A stretch of DNA of 64,000 nucleotides from an uncultured Candidatus Rokubacteria bacterium (GCA_963754315.1 CAVWFS010000019.1:576001-640000); one strand, 5' to 3'; shown: positions 10,213-21,560, counted from the stretch's first letter. A program made the numbers and translations. The notes: a model not told the origin generated them from the sequence alone.

Positions 10213-10688
10213 ATGAAGGCACTCGTGGCGCGCGTTGCGCTCGTGAGTGCATGCGGACTCTATCTGGCCGGGTGTGCCGGGAGTGCCGGAGTGTCGCGCT
10301 CGGACCGGATGCGGTCAAGGGTAAGACAGTGGACGGCACCGTCGACATGAAAGAGGTGCAGGCGGCCTACATCGGCAGCGGCAGCGCGGGCACCGGCGTC
10401 CTGGTCTTTCGCGGCAAGGAGCATCCGTTTCAGGTCGGCGGGGTCGGGATCGGCGGTATCGGACTCTCCACGATTGACGCGGCGGGCGAGGTATACAACC
10501 TCCGCGAGCTCTCCCAGTTCCCCGGCACCTATGGCCAGGCCCGCTACGGCTTTGCCATCGGCACATCGAGCGCCGGCGATCTCTGGATGCAGAACGAGGC
10601 GGGCGTGATCCTGCGCCTGAAGGCGAAGCGTGAAGGGCTCATCCTGAGCCTCGGAGGCGACGCCGTCGTCATTTCGCTGAATCCGTAA
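10213..10688 (+). pseudogene. Lipoprotein with EipA/DUF1134-like beta domain, one frameshift as sequenced
   Basis: Signal peptide with lipobox (MKALVARV...YLAGC) in one frame; after about 10290 it continues in another frame (GTGVLVFRGKEHPFQVGGVGIGG...GEVYNL...FPGTY...LWMQNEAGV). Confidence 0.6.
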
Positions 10689-10758
10689 GCCTCGCGTGAG
10701 ACGACGCTGACCTGGGGCACAGCGCGCGTCGGATTGGTCGACGCGGCCGGGGCGGCCT

Positions 10759-11700
10759 CTATTCCCGCTTGCCGCCTGCCATCATTCTCAGGAAGGCGGG
10801 CGAGAGGCGCGGGTCCAGGACGTCGCGAATGCCGTCACCGAGAAGATTGAAGGCCAGCACAGTCACCGTGATCGCGAGTCCCGGGAAGAATGCCAGCCAC
10901 CACGGCGGAACCAGGGCGGTGATCGAGTCGGCCAGCATGTTGCCCCAGGTCGGGGTTGGGGGCGGCACGCCCACCCCGAGGAAGCCGAGAGCGGCCTCGA
11001 TCACGATGGCCACCCCGAGGTGCGTGCTCGCGAGGACCAGGTAGGGGGCGATGCACTGGGGTAGCACGTGCAGAGCCATGATCCGGGCGGCCGAGCCCCC
11101 GCTCGCCCGCGCCAGCCTCCACGTAGGGCATCTCGCGCACCGAGAGGGCGACGGAGCGGATCACCCGCCCTCCGAACGGAATACGGGTGATGGCAATGGC
11201 GAAGATCACGGCTTGCAGCCCGGTGCCGATCGCCATGGAGATGGCCATGGCCAGGATGAGATCGGGAAAGGACTGCATGACCTCCATGATGCGCTGGCTC
11301 ACGAGGTCGAAGCGTCCGCGCAGGTAGCCGCAGGCCACGCCCCACAGCGACCCGACCGTGGTGCCGAGGAGCACCGCAGGAGAACGCGACGAAGAGCGAG
11401 GTGCGGGCGCCATAGATCACCCGGCTCGAGTGTGTCGCGCCCGACCTGGTCGGTACCGAAGACAGGCTCTGGTGTCCGGGCGGCTTGTCCATGCGCCGAA
11501 AATCCGCCTTGAGGGGATCACGAGGCGCAAGCAGTGGAGCGGCCAGCGCCACGAGAATGATGCACAGCCCCACGAAGCCGCCGATCGCCGCGAGCGTGTT
11601 GCGCCGGGAGAAGCGGAGGAGCTCGGCCAGGAGGGTCTTGAGGACCGGCTGCACCACGGGCGGTCGCGATACGGGGCTCGGCAGCTGTGATGGCGGGCAT
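10759..11700 (-). pseudogene. Peptide/nickel ABC transporter permease (DppC-like), multiple frameshifts
   Basis: Fragments APRDPLKADF, RVIYGARTSL, SVREMPYVEA, EAALGFLGVGVPPPTPTWG, FNLLGDGIRDVLDPR spread over several frames. Confidence 0.85.
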
Positions 11701-12659
11701 CAGCCGATACCGGATCCGCGGGTCGAGCCAGGCATAGCTGAGGTCGACGAGCACATTGACGAGCACGAAGATGACGGCATAGAGAAGGACGAGATTCTGC
11801 ACCACGATGATGTCGCGCTCGATTACCGCGGTGACCAGCGCCCGGCCGAGCCCAGGTACGCCGAACGCCTGCTCGACGGCGACCGAGCCGCCTAGCACAA
11901 AACCGAGGAGGACGCCGGAGATCGTGATGACCGGCAGCAGCGCGTTGGGCAGCGCGTGGCGCATCACCACGAACCCTTCGCGCAGTCCCTTGGCCCGGGC
12001 CGTCCGAACGAAGTCTTCGCTGATGACCTCCAACAGACACGATCGCGACATCCGCGCGATATAGGCCCCTTGGGCGAGGCCGAGCACGATCCCGGGGCCG
12101 AGGACGATCTGTAGGTTCTCCCAGGGGCTTGCCAAAGCGTCACGATGACGATGGGGGACTTGTAGCCAAACCAGAAGAGGAGCGGCGAGAACGATCAGCA
12201 TGCCTAGCCAGAAGCCCGGGATGGCGATGAACAGCACGGACAGCGTGCGGGCGACGCTGTCGGGCACGCTATTGGGCTTGAACGCGCTCAGGATACCCAC
12301 GGGGAGGCCGACCAGCCACGAGACGATCAAAGCCAGCACCGCGATCTCGGCGCTGATCGGCCCTCGATGGAGGATCTGCTCGGCGACAGTGTCGCCCCGG
12401 AAGAACGACTTCCCGAGCTGTCCCGTGGCGATGTCACCGAGCCAGCGGACGTATTGCACAGGCTATGGGGTCGCTCAGCCCGAGGTCGGCCATGATGCGG
12501 ACTCGATCGGCGGGCGTCATCCGCGCGTGGCCCTCCACGCCGAGGATGGCCACCAGGGGATCGCCGGGAAGGATCCGCAAGATGACGAAGATATGATGGA
12601 GACACCGAGCAGGGTGACGGCGGCGTACAAGAGCCGCGCGGCGCCAGATACTTCCTCAC
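11700..12659 (-). pseudogene. Peptide/nickel ABC transporter permease (DppB-like), multiple frameshifts
   Basis: QYVRWLGD..GQLGKS, EDFVRTARAKGL, HALPNALLPV, VEQAFGVPGLG, DLSYAWLDPRIRY. Confidence 0.87.
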
Positions 12660-12761
12660 GTCTCGGCTCAGGTATGAGCGATGAGCCCAGGGAGGGTGGC
12701 GACGCCGCCGGCATTCTGCCAGGGAAGGGATGGGGGGCCTGGTGAGGGCCCCCCAGGCAAT

Positions 12762-14451
12762 CTATCCGAGCCAGACGTTATCCCACCGCACGACGTCGTA
12801 GATGCCGAAGAACGTGCTCGGGTTCTGGCCTTTGACCTTGTTGTACCAGCCGTCGTAAATCTGCTCGTATGCCACCGGGATGAGCGGCGGATCGTTCTCG
12901 AGGATGTCCTCCGCCTTGCGCACCATGGCCTTGCGCTTGTCTGTCGTCGAGCTCCCGCTCGATCTGATTGGCCAGGTCGTGAAACGCCGGGTTCGTCCAG
13001 CGGGAGTAGTTCTGGGGGCCGTCCTTGCCGTACCAGGCGCTGAAGATAGTCCGACGGGTCCATCAAGGTGGACACGATGGCGCTGATGGCCGAGGTCGAA
13101 GCTGCCGGCCTGCGGCCTCGTCGAACCAGACCGAGGTCTGCACCACGCGAAGGTTTGATCTCGATGTTGAGATGCTCCTTCAGCATCGCCTGGATGGCCA
13201 CCGCCCACAGCTTGAACGTCGGCGATGTCGCGGACGACGAAGTCGAGATTCTTGAGGCCGCTGCCGTAGCCGGCCTCCTTCATGAGCCGCCGCGCCTCCT
13301 GCACCGCCGGCTTGATGTCCTTCTGGTAGCCCAGTTTCTTTTCCAGATCGGCGCGCGGTGTCGACATCTCGTGGAACGGGTAGACAAAGCCGCCCACCTG
13401 CATGGGCGCCGTGTCTTTCACGACTTCCACCAGGGTGGGCCGGTCCATGGCCAAGTGGATGGCCCGGCGCACGCGAGGATCGGCCAGCGCCTTGTTCTTC
13501 TGGGTGTTCGTCCAGAAGGCCTGGATGACGGACTGGTTGAAGGCGGCCGCCGTCATGCCCTGGGTCTCCTTGACCTTGCGCCAGCTGACGGGATCGAGCA
13601 GCCGCGCGTAGTCGACCCGACCGGACAGGATGGACGCCGCCCAGCTCCGGCGTGAAGGGCAGGAAATGGTAGATCTCGAGCCTGATCCACGAGCGGCAGC
13701 CCCTTGTTCCAGTAGTCGGGGTTGCGCTCCATGATCCATACTTCCTTGTCCTTGCGCGAGACGTGCTTGAAGGGGCCGGTGCCCGGATACGCCATCACCT
13801 GCCGGAGATTACCCTGGTTCTCGTCCAGGGTCTTCTTGCGCACGATGATGTTCCAGCCGCTGGCGAAGGCGCCCGAGCATGTACGCCTTGGGCCGCGCCT
13901 CGGTCAGCCGGAATTCCACCGTGTGCGGGTTCACGACGACGATGTCGCCCACCGTCGCGAACAGCGGCGTGCGGGGGATGACCACGCCCTTCGGCGGGCG
14001 CGCGATACGATCATAGGTCGCCTTCACGTCCTCGGCGGTGAAGTCGGCGCCGTCGTGGAACTTCACACCCTTGCGCAGGTGGAACGTGTACTTCTTGCCG
14101 TCCGGCGAGATCTCCCACCGCTGAGCCAGATCGGGGATGATCGTCTGCCCGTCCTTCGGACTCCGGCGGAGCAAGGTAGTCGTACATCGGGCTCTGGGGA
14201 CCGATGTTGGCGACGGTACCAGACTGGTGGACGTCGAAGTGGGCGGGAGCGTTGTGCACGGCATAGCGGAGGGTGCCCCCACGCTTGGCAGCGGGGTCCG
14301 GCCGCACGGTGGCATCCTGGGCCAGAAGGGTCCCGGGAGCCGAGAACCGCGCTGCGACGACGGCTCCGGCGCCACCGGCACCTACCCGCTTGAGGAAGGT
14401 CCTCCGGTCCACGCCGGCGGAGCGGTCTCGATCGTTCGGAAGATCGTCCAT
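12762..14451 (-). pseudogene. ABC transporter family-5 substrate-binding protein with Tat signal, multiple frameshifts
   Basis: Start MDDLPN..DRRTFLK (twin-Arg) with AGGAG RBS; KRGGTLR, PDLAQRWEISPDGKKYTFHLRKGVKFHDG, GTGPFK, ERNPDYW, DPRVRRAI, ends WDNVWLG; frame changes several times. Confidence 0.87.
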
Positions 14452-14699
14452 CGCTTTCTCCTGTCGGGCTATTGGAAAAGACACGTCGAGGTCGAGTTGA
14501 CGCGTCGATATCAACTGAGCGGTGAGGACGGAGTGCATGCGCCGCCGAATCGGGGCTTCATCATTGACCCCCGCGTGAAGTTCCCGGACCATAGCAGAAG
14601 TCCAAGCAGAGCGCCAGCAGCACGCCCGGTCGGATCCGCCAGTCTCGGGCTCGGTCGGCACCCACCGCCTGAGCCGACGACATTGGAAACGCGCCGGGT

Positions 14700-16657
14700 C
14701 AATCCGCGGGTTCCGATCCCGTCCTGAAATAGATCCCACTGTCGGCCCGCCCGCTCCACGACGACCTCGATGTCCTCCTCGAGCATGTGGCGCGCTGCCA
14801 CCAGGGCTGCGGCCGGCAGCCCGAACTTGCGCGAGGTACGCCTGGCGTGACGGATAGCGCTCGGCGATGGAAGCGCGTGGATCCCCCGTGCGCTCTCGCT
14901 CGGCACGGGTACGGGCAAAGGGCAAGGTAGACCCGAGCATGCTCATGAGATCACCAGGCGCCCCCTGGGCGGGATGGCGCGGGTTCCACCCCGTGAACGT
15001 GCCGAGCGGCACCTGCACTTCTACCGGGGTGATTCCCGCTCGCTCGTTGCCGTCCTCGTCCACCGCGCAGACGAAGGCCGGATAGGGCGCGCCCACCTTC
15101 GGGGGCAGCTCGGCGCAAACGCCTTCGTGGACCTCTGGCCCGAAGTCAAGCCGCGCGGGCCGCCCAAGATGGTCGGGAAAGCGGACGCCCGGAATACGGG
15201 CGAAGGTGGCAGCCGTCGACTCGGCGGTGACCGCCGTACCCTCGGCCAAGCGCGGAACCGCGCTCGGAGGAGGATCGATGCCCTCGGCCACCCAGCGGTC
15301 CAGGTTGGCCAGGGCTGCCCGCAGCAGCGGGGCGTAGTCCACGACGTTGAACGGCTGTAGTCCCCGGCCCCCCGTGTTGGGATCGAACGCGGGCGGCGGC
15401 AGCGCACCGGGTGTGTGCTGCGTCCCGGCAAAGAAGTAGACGCGCGAGGTCGCAGGGGGATCGACATCGGCCAGACCGTCGACGTCGGTATGCACGAGAG
15501 AGGCGTCTCCCCGCCAGTACTCGGCGGAGGTGTTGATCTCGAACACCTTCGGCAGGCGGCCCCGCCGCATCAGGCGCGCCAGCAGCGCGTCGCGAGTGCC
15601 GGTCTCCGGGTCTAGTCTGCTCGCCGTGGGTGAAGGGAAAGAGGTCCCCCACCGCGTGCCGGGCGTTGAGTGACGGCTGCCCAAAGCGCAGGTTGAACTC
15701 ACCGCGACGAGCGCCGGCCACGAACGGAAACACCGCATCGAAGACGTCCCGCCCCGCCTCGTCGCGGGTGAGGCCGAGATACAACAGGTGGCGTAAAAAG
15801 CGCCCGCTCTGCGAGATTCCGAAGACGCAGGCGCGTCGGAGCCGGCCGGCGCAGGGGTTGCCCTGAGTCGCCGGGGCGAAGCGCAACCACGAGGCCGTGT
15901 CGCGCACAGCCAGGAACCCCAAGCCGACCAGGGGTGGGTCCTGGGCGCGGTACACGAGATCGTAGATACGCCCTGGGGCAAAGCCACCGGTCAGCCTCAC
16001 GTGCGAGGCATCGGTGAATCGCCAGGCCTCACGGGCGACCGCCACCTCGGGCGCCTCCGTGTGCTCACGCACGGTGAGCCGCGCCTCAGGATCCGCCAGG
16101 TCAAGCGTCGGCTGGGGTATGTGATAGCGGTCCGCGAGTGGGAGGGTGTCGGTGGCCACGTTGGGACGGAACTCGCAGCGGACGAGGCCGGTGAGGCGAG
16201 GTTCGGTGCTCACCACCCGCGGGACGGTGAGCGCCATCATTCCGTCCATCCGCGGGACATCGTGCTGCCAGCCGATCCAGGCCACGGTGTCACCCCGTCG
16301 CATGAGGAACCCGTTCCCGAAGTCCGCCGGTTCAGTCGGGTCCGGTACGCGCACCGCGCTGTTGAAGAGGGCGAGGGCCATCTTCCGACCCCGGTTGACG
16401 ACGTCGAGGAGCAAACACCCGCTGGCCCGCGACGGATCAATGGGCTGGAGCAGGCAGAAGTCAGCCCACGACTCGACGTGCCCTGATCCGTTGCGGGGGG
16501 CCCGCGCCAGGTCCGTGATGGGTGCGTTGGCCTCGTGCGCCGGATCGGCGGCGAAGCGCAGGATGCCGGTGATCTTCTCATAGGCACCGGCGGCCCCGAA
16601 CGGCTGCCCGTCCAGCACCACGGTGCGCGTGTGGACCTCGAGAGTGGTGGCGCTCAT
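14700..16657 (-). pseudogene. Alpha/beta-hydrolase-domain protein, frameshifted as sequenced (3' end approximate)
   Basis: FGAAGAYEK, DVVNRG, GWQHD, GLGFLAVRD, nucleophile elbow GISQSGRF, TSAEYWRGDASL, GTQH, VDEDGNE; frame switches near 15620 and 14820. Confidence 0.78.
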
Positions 16658-16699
16658 GGCGCAACGATAATAACGGAAGGGCGGAGGGCCCGCCAGCGG

Positions 16700-17371
16700 T
16701 CAGCCGATCATCCACTCCGCGAACGCGGCCAGGGTGCGCACCTCGGTGAGGGCGCCTGAGGCGGCGTCGGCCTGCTCGCCGGTACGATTGATCCAGGCCG
16801 ACGGAATGCCCAGGCGCCGGGCCGGCTGGATATCGTGGAAGTAGCTCTGCGCCGCGTGCAGCCAGCGGTCCCCACCAATGCGAGCGCGGGCGGTCTCGAA
16901 ATGCGCCGCCGCCGGCTTGTACGATTTCACCTGCTCCGCGGTAATGACCAGACTCGGCTCGAAGGTCACCGGGAAGTGCCGCCGTGTACCACTGAGGAGC
17001 TCATCGTCGACATTGGACAGGATCCCGAGCCGGAAGCCGGCTCGGGCCAGCTTCTCCAGAGCCTGATTGGTGTCGGGAAAGGGCGTCCAGCTCGGAAGGC
17101 TGTCGGCCAGGAAGGACGCCCGCGACATTGGTAATGTCCAGTCGAGTCGGGCCGCCACCCGCAAGGCCGTCTCCGTCAGCACATCGCGGTAGCGGCGAAA
17201 GGGCTCCGCCTGAACCACCGGCTCGATCTCGTGATAGGCCGCCAGGACATGGTAGAGCGGAAGGTCGACACGATCCGCGGCCAGCGCAGTGCGAAATGCC
17301 TCGGCAATCCCCCCGTCCCAGTCGATGAGGGTTCCGTAGCAGTCGAACGTGACGATATCCCAGGGCTTCAT
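16700..17371 (-). CDS. HAD-superfamily hydrolase (haloacid dehalogenase type II-like)
   Basis: TFDCYGTLIDW, LSNVD, YKP, HAAQSYFHDI; ATG at 17371 overlaps upstream stop. Confidence 0.9.
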   Translation of the reverse strand: MKPWDIVTFDCYGTLIDWDGGIAEAFRTALAADRVDLPLYHVLAAYHEIEPVVQAEPFRRYRDVLTETALRVAARLDWTLPMSRASFLADSLPSWTPFPDTNQALEKLARAGFRLGILSNVDDELLSGTRRHFPVTFEPSLVITAEQVKSYKPAAAHFETARARIGGDRWLHAAQSYFHDIQPARRLGIPSAWINRTGEQADAASGALTEVRTLAAFAEWMIG

Positions 17372-17850
17372 GATGATGACTCCGTCGGCGTGAGGTGGAC
17401 GATGCGCGCCGTAAGCGCCGGCCCCTGCACACGCAGACACGCCAAGGTGGTGGGGAGCGCGAACCGACGTGGACCCGCACTGCCTGGATTGAGGAAGAGC
17501 ACACCATTGTGTTCCTCGATGCGGGGACGGTGCGAGTGGCCAGCGATGACAGCGCGGAAGCCCGCGACGCTCGGATCGAGGTCCAGCTCCTTCACGTCAT
17601 GGAGCACGTAGAGGTATTGCCCGTCGATCTCCACCACATCGGTGTCCGGGAGCGCCCGGGCCCATGTGTCCCGGTCGTTGTTGCCGCGCACGGCCACCAC
17701 CGGCGCCAGCGTTCGCAGACGCTCGAGGACCTCCGGGGTCCCGATGTCCCCTGCGTGAATGATCAGCTCGCACCCGGCGAGAGCATCCACGGCCTCGGGC
17801 CTGAGCAGACCGTGCGTGTCCGCGATCACGCCGAGAAGATGCTCAGCCAT
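17368..17850 (-). CDS. Metallophosphoesterase (YfcE/MJ0936 family)
   Basis: IADTHG, HAGDIG, VRGNND, GHSH, NPGSAGPRR. Confidence 0.92.
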   Translation of the reverse strand: MAEHLLGVIADTHGLLRPEAVDALAGCELIIHAGDIGTPEVLERLRTLAPVVAVRGNNDRDTWARALPDTDVVEIDGQYLYVLHDVKELDLDPSVAGFRAVIAGHSHRPRIEEHNGVLFLNPGSAGPRRFALPTTLACLRVQGPALTARIVHLTPTESSS

Positions 17851-18052
17851 CCTGGGGCGCCGCTGGCTCCCGTACCATGGGGGACGTGCCATGCTTGGCC
17901 AGGGAGGCGCGGATGAGCACCGTAGGCCCGAGCACGACCCTGTCTGAGAACCGGAGTCCCATCACCACGACTATTATCAGCCGGTCGTCGCTCTTTGCGC
18001 TGGCCGTCTGCATGCTGCTGTCGACCCGATCGAGCGGCGGGAATCCCGAACG

Positions 18053-19072
18053 ATGAAGCGCGTCGAAATCCGACCAACCTTCGAAGACTGGCAGTCGGCC
18101 GCGCGGGCCCTGCTGCACGAGCGTGTGCCGCCGGACCAGATCGTGTGGCTCGAGCGTGGCACTCCCCAAGACTCCTTGCCGGGTCTTTCCCCCACAACTC
18201 CCGCCGGGGATCCAGGCCCCACCGTTCGGGTTCCACGGCTCTTCATGGACCTTGCACGCCGGGTCGCCGCCGGGGTCGACCCCGATCGGTGGTGCGTGCT
18301 CTACGAGGCGTTGTGGCGAATCGTCCACGAACGCCGCGATCTCCTCAATGACGAGACAGATCCGCTGATGGCGCGTCTGCGTGGGCTGGAGCGCCAGGCA
18401 AGCGGCGCCGTCCTCTCCTCCTCGGCGTATGCCGATGACGACAGCGGGACCGCGGCAGCCGGCGCGGCTGGCTTCATGCCGGCGGGGGCCACCTTGGTCG
18501 AACTGCGCCAGGCCGCGCTACGGTGCCAGGGATGCGACCTATACCGCCACGCGACTCAGACCGTCTTTGGCCGCGGGCCGGCGGATGCGCGCGTGGTTCT
18601 GGTGGGGGAGCAGCCGGGTGACCAGGAAGATCGTCAGGGCGCGCCCTTCGTCGGGCCGGCCGGGGAAGTCTTCGATCGAGCGCTGGCGGAGGCGGGACTG
18701 GTCCGCGAGCGGCTCTATGTCACCAACGTCGTCAAGCACTTCAAGTTCGTGGAGCGGGGAAAGCGACGGATCCACCAGACGCCGCGCGCGGCCGAGATCG
18801 GCGCGTGTCGGCCCTGGCTGGAGGCGGAGCTGGCCGTCGTCAAGCCCGAGGTCCTCGTGTGCCTGGGCGCCACCGCCGCCCGAGCCCTCCTCGGTGGTGA
18901 CTTCCGCATCATGAAGGAGCGCGGACGCTGGGTCGAATGCCGCTGGGCGCCGAGGACGATGGCGACCCTGCACCCCTCGGCCGTCCTGCGCGGCGAGGAC
19001 GACGCGGCGCAGGCGCGCCTCTACGGCATGCTCCTCGAGGATCTGCGGGCCGTCGCCAGCGCCATCGGTTGA
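18053..19072 (+). CDS. udgX: UdgX-family uracil-DNA-binding protein fused to an N-terminal DUF4130-like segment
   Basis: CxxC, GEQPGDQED, PFVGPAG, KHFK..GKRRIHQ (UdgX loop), HPSA; N-terminus FEDWQSAARALL..VPP..IVW...VPR.F..LA...LY..LWR. Confidence 0.88.
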   Translation: MKRVEIRPTFEDWQSAARALLHERVPPDQIVWLERGTPQDSLPGLSPTTPAGDPGPTVRVPRLFMDLARRVAAGVDPDRWCVLYEALWRIVHERRDLLNDETDPLMARLRGLERQASGAVLSSSAYADDDSGTAAAGAAGFMPAGATLVELRQAALRCQGCDLYRHATQTVFGRGPADARVVLVGEQPGDQEDRQGAPFVGPAGEVFDRALAEAGLVRERLYVTNVVKHFKFVERGKRRIHQTPRAAEIGACRPWLEAELAVVKPEVLVCLGATAARALLGGDFRIMKERGRWVECRWAPRTMATLHPSAVLRGEDDAAQARLYGMLLEDLRAVASAIG

Positions 19073-19123
19073 TGGAGGCGGAAGCGAGGCCAGGCTCGCC
19101 TGGCGCTGGCGTAGAATCGCGCG

Positions 19124-19549
19124 GTGGGGCTCGGACGGACGACCCGATTCGCTCCAACGCCTCGGGGGGCGCGGCGCATCAACGTGATGCGGGCGGGACG
19201 AGCAGGCCTCAAGGAACTCGCGCCTCCGCCCGACCTCTTCGCAGACTTTCAGCGCGAGAAGGCCGCGTTGAAAAGCGAAGACTTGGATGCTGCCCGCCTT
19301 CATGCCACGACGTTTGAGCGCGTCGATTACCGTGCGCGCTATCTGCGGTACATCCGCGCGAGCGCCGAGTCGATGGCCGCCTTGCGTCGGATCGTCGAGG
19401 AAGCAAGGTCGGCCGACGTCTACCTGATGTGCATGTGCCCCTACCAGACAGCGGGCGGGGCATGCCATACCTACCTTCTCCTCGAACTGGCGCGCGAGTT
19501 GGCTCCCACCCTCGAGATCCTTCCCGAGCCGAAGCCGCGGGGGCGGTGA
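19124..19549 (+). CDS. DUF488-like protein (start uncertain)
   Basis: KELAPPPDL, YRARYL, LMCMC......CH..LL pattern resembles DUF488. Confidence 0.5.
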   Translation: MGLGRTTRFAPTPRGARRINVMRAGRAGLKELAPPPDLFADFQREKAALKSEDLDAARLHATTFERVDYRARYLRYIRASAESMAALRRIVEEARSADVYLMCMCPYQTAGGACHTYLLLELARELAPTLEILPEPKPRGR

Positions 19550-19607
19550 ACGTCGGGGGCTCGCGCCCTCCCGCGACCTGAGGTAGGATACGGCCTTGGT
19601 ATCACGG

Positions 19608-19871
19608 ATGAAGAATGGCATGAACGCGACCCAGAAGAACGGCGGGGCCCGAATCATACCCCTTGAGCCGGAGCGCTCCCTAAAGGCAGCGGCGAAGCAG
19701 TTCGTGGGCGAGCGTCCCGACCGCTGCCCCAAATGCGGAAGCACCTTCATGTGCCACGAACCCGCCTTCGTCCACTGCCGCTACTGCGGCAAGATGGCCC
19801 GCGTGGCCAACGCGTCGCTGCTCGAGCAAGAGCTGTTCGAGATCCGCTCCGGCCTTCGCCTGGCCTGCTGA
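19608..19871 (+). CDS. Small zinc-ribbon protein
   Basis: CPKC...CRYC pair; GC-typical codon usage. Confidence 0.6.
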   Translation: MKNGMNATQKNGGARIIPLEPERSLKAAAKQFVGERPDRCPKCGSTFMCHEPAFVHCRYCGKMARVANASLLEQELFEIRSGLRLAC

Positions 19872-19937
19872 TCGCCACCTCGCCGCCCGCGAGCACCGGC
19901 GTGCTCTCAAGGGCGGCCACTCGCCCGACGATGCAGG

Positions 19938-21527
19938 TCAGATGACCCGATAGAGATCAACCGCCGTCGACTTCCCTTTCATCGTCATCGCGGCGACCGC
20001 GGCCAGGGCGGGCGGCGCCAGAAGCTGCTGGGTCGTATCGGTACTCACGAGGATATCCGTGCCAGCGTCCTTGGTTAGGCCCTGGATGCGGGAGGCCACG
20101 TTCACCGGATCGCCCACGAGCGCGTAGGAGAGTCGATCGGGGCTGCCGATGTTCGCCGCTAGGACGCGGCCGGTGTGTATACCGATCCCGTGACGGAAGG
20201 GGGGCCGCCCTGCCGCCGCCCGTTCGGCGTTCCAGACCCCCAAGCGTCGACGCATCTCGAGGGCGGCGCGCACCGCCAGATCCGGATGCCGCGCGTGGGG
20301 GACGGGAGCGCCGAACACGGCTTCGATCTCGTCGCCGATGAACTGAAGCACGAGGCCATGGTGGTCGCGGATGGCGCCTTCCATGAGCCCGAAGTAGGTG
20401 TTGAGATCGCGGACGACCTCGCGCGGATCGTGCGACTCGACCCAGGGTGTGAAGTCGCGCAGATCTGAGAAGAGGATGGTCACCTCGCGCGACTGGCCCT
20501 CCAGGGTCACGCGCCCGGCCAGGATCTCGTCACGAATCTCCGGTGTCACGTACTTTCCGAAGGTGTGGCGAATGCGGTCGCGCTCGCGCAGCCCCTCGAC
20601 CATGCGATTAAAGCCCTCCGTCACACTACCGATCTCGTCATGGCTCACCACCGGACACCGGACCTCGAGGTTACCCTCCCCCACCTCACCCATGGCCGAC
20701 TCGAGGTCTCGGAGAGGACCGGCCACGCTGCGCGAGACGAACACGGCCAGCCCTATGGCCACAATCCCGCCCACGATCAGCATGAAGACGATGAAGATCA
20801 ACAGGCGCGCCAGGAGAATATCGGCGAGGGCGGGGTCGGTCCCCACCAGGCCGCCCGCCCGCGTGTAGGCCATCACCCCGAGCAGCGATAGTGGCAACAC
20901 GCTCACCAGCAGGAAGATCACCATGAGTCGAGCGCGCACGTTGACGCGCACGACATCACGTGTTGCGCTGAGATCCCCCCGAGGGAAGTAGAGAGGGAGC
21001 CGGCGCCGCCACACGTGCTCGACGGAAAAGAAGACAAAGGCGGTGGTCACCGAACCACCGACCACGGTGATCCCGAAGATCTGGCGGATGGCGTTCCCGA
21101 TGGAAAAGGTCCCCAGCACCCAGGGCCGGACGACGCCAAAGGCCACCCCGGCCAGAGTCCAGCCCGCCAGGCTGACGGCCGCCATCGCGTAGGGCAGGAT
21201 GAGGGCGCGCCGGCGCACGATCGCCTCCGTGACCTCACCCTGCGCGCTCCCGGCTATCCAGTCTCGTAAGGGTCGGCGCCATCGCCGGCTGACCACGAGA
21301 CCAATCCCCACCGCGAGCCCGAACACGCTGATGAAGTAGACGAGCAAGTCTCGCGGCAGGCGCCGATCGACGGGAGGTGCGCTCGCGTCGATGAACTGGA
21401 AATAGAAGAAGTCCAGTAGGGCACCCAGCAGGTTGCCAATCAGCAGCAGGCGGCCGAGTTGTCTCTCCGTGCTCGCCACGACGGCACGCGACCCGTCCGG
21501 ACACGGCTTCACGGGCGGAGTGTCCAC
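19938..21527 (-). CDS. Membrane-bound class III adenylate/guanylate cyclase with HAMP domain
   Basis: Six TM segments, HAMP (DEIG...FNRMVEGLRE), LFSDLRDFT, FIGDEI, GIGIHTG, GDPVNVASRIQ. Confidence 0.92.
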   Translation of the reverse strand: MDTPPVKPCPDGSRAVVASTERQLGRLLLIGNLLGALLDFFYFQFIDASAPPVDRRLPRDLLVYFISVFGLAVGIGLVVSRRWRRPLRDWIAGSAQGEVTEAIVRRRALILPYAMAAVSLAGWTLAGVAFGVVRPWVLGTFSIGNAIRQIFGITVVGGSVTTAFVFFSVEHVWRRRLPLYFPRGDLSATRDVVRVNVRARLMVIFLLVSVLPLSLLGVMAYTRAGGLVGTDPALADILLARLLIFIVFMLIVGGIVAIGLAVFVSRSVAGPLRDLESAMGEVGEGNLEVRCPVVSHDEIGSVTEGFNRMVEGLRERDRIRHTFGKYVTPEIRDEILAGRVTLEGQSREVTILFSDLRDFTPWVESHDPREVVRDLNTYFGLMEGAIRDHHGLVLQFIGDEIEAVFGAPVPHARHPDLAVRAALEMRRRLGVWNAERAAAGRPPFRHGIGIHTGRVLAANIGSPDRLSYALVGDPVNVASRIQGLTKDAGTDILVSTDTTQQLLAPPALAAVAAMTMKGKSTAVDLYRVI

Positions 21528-21560
21528 CTTGGGTCTGGCTACCCGGGCCCCCCGCCGACC

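Noticed and set aside
10759..14451. Programmed ribosomal frameshifting in the ABC genes
   Set aside because: Too many irregular shifts, with no consistent slippery site or stimulator
14011..15987. 658-aa hydrolase/SBP fusion protein
   Set aside because: Chimeric frame created by indels; the SBP has its own RBS, ATG (14451) and Tat signal
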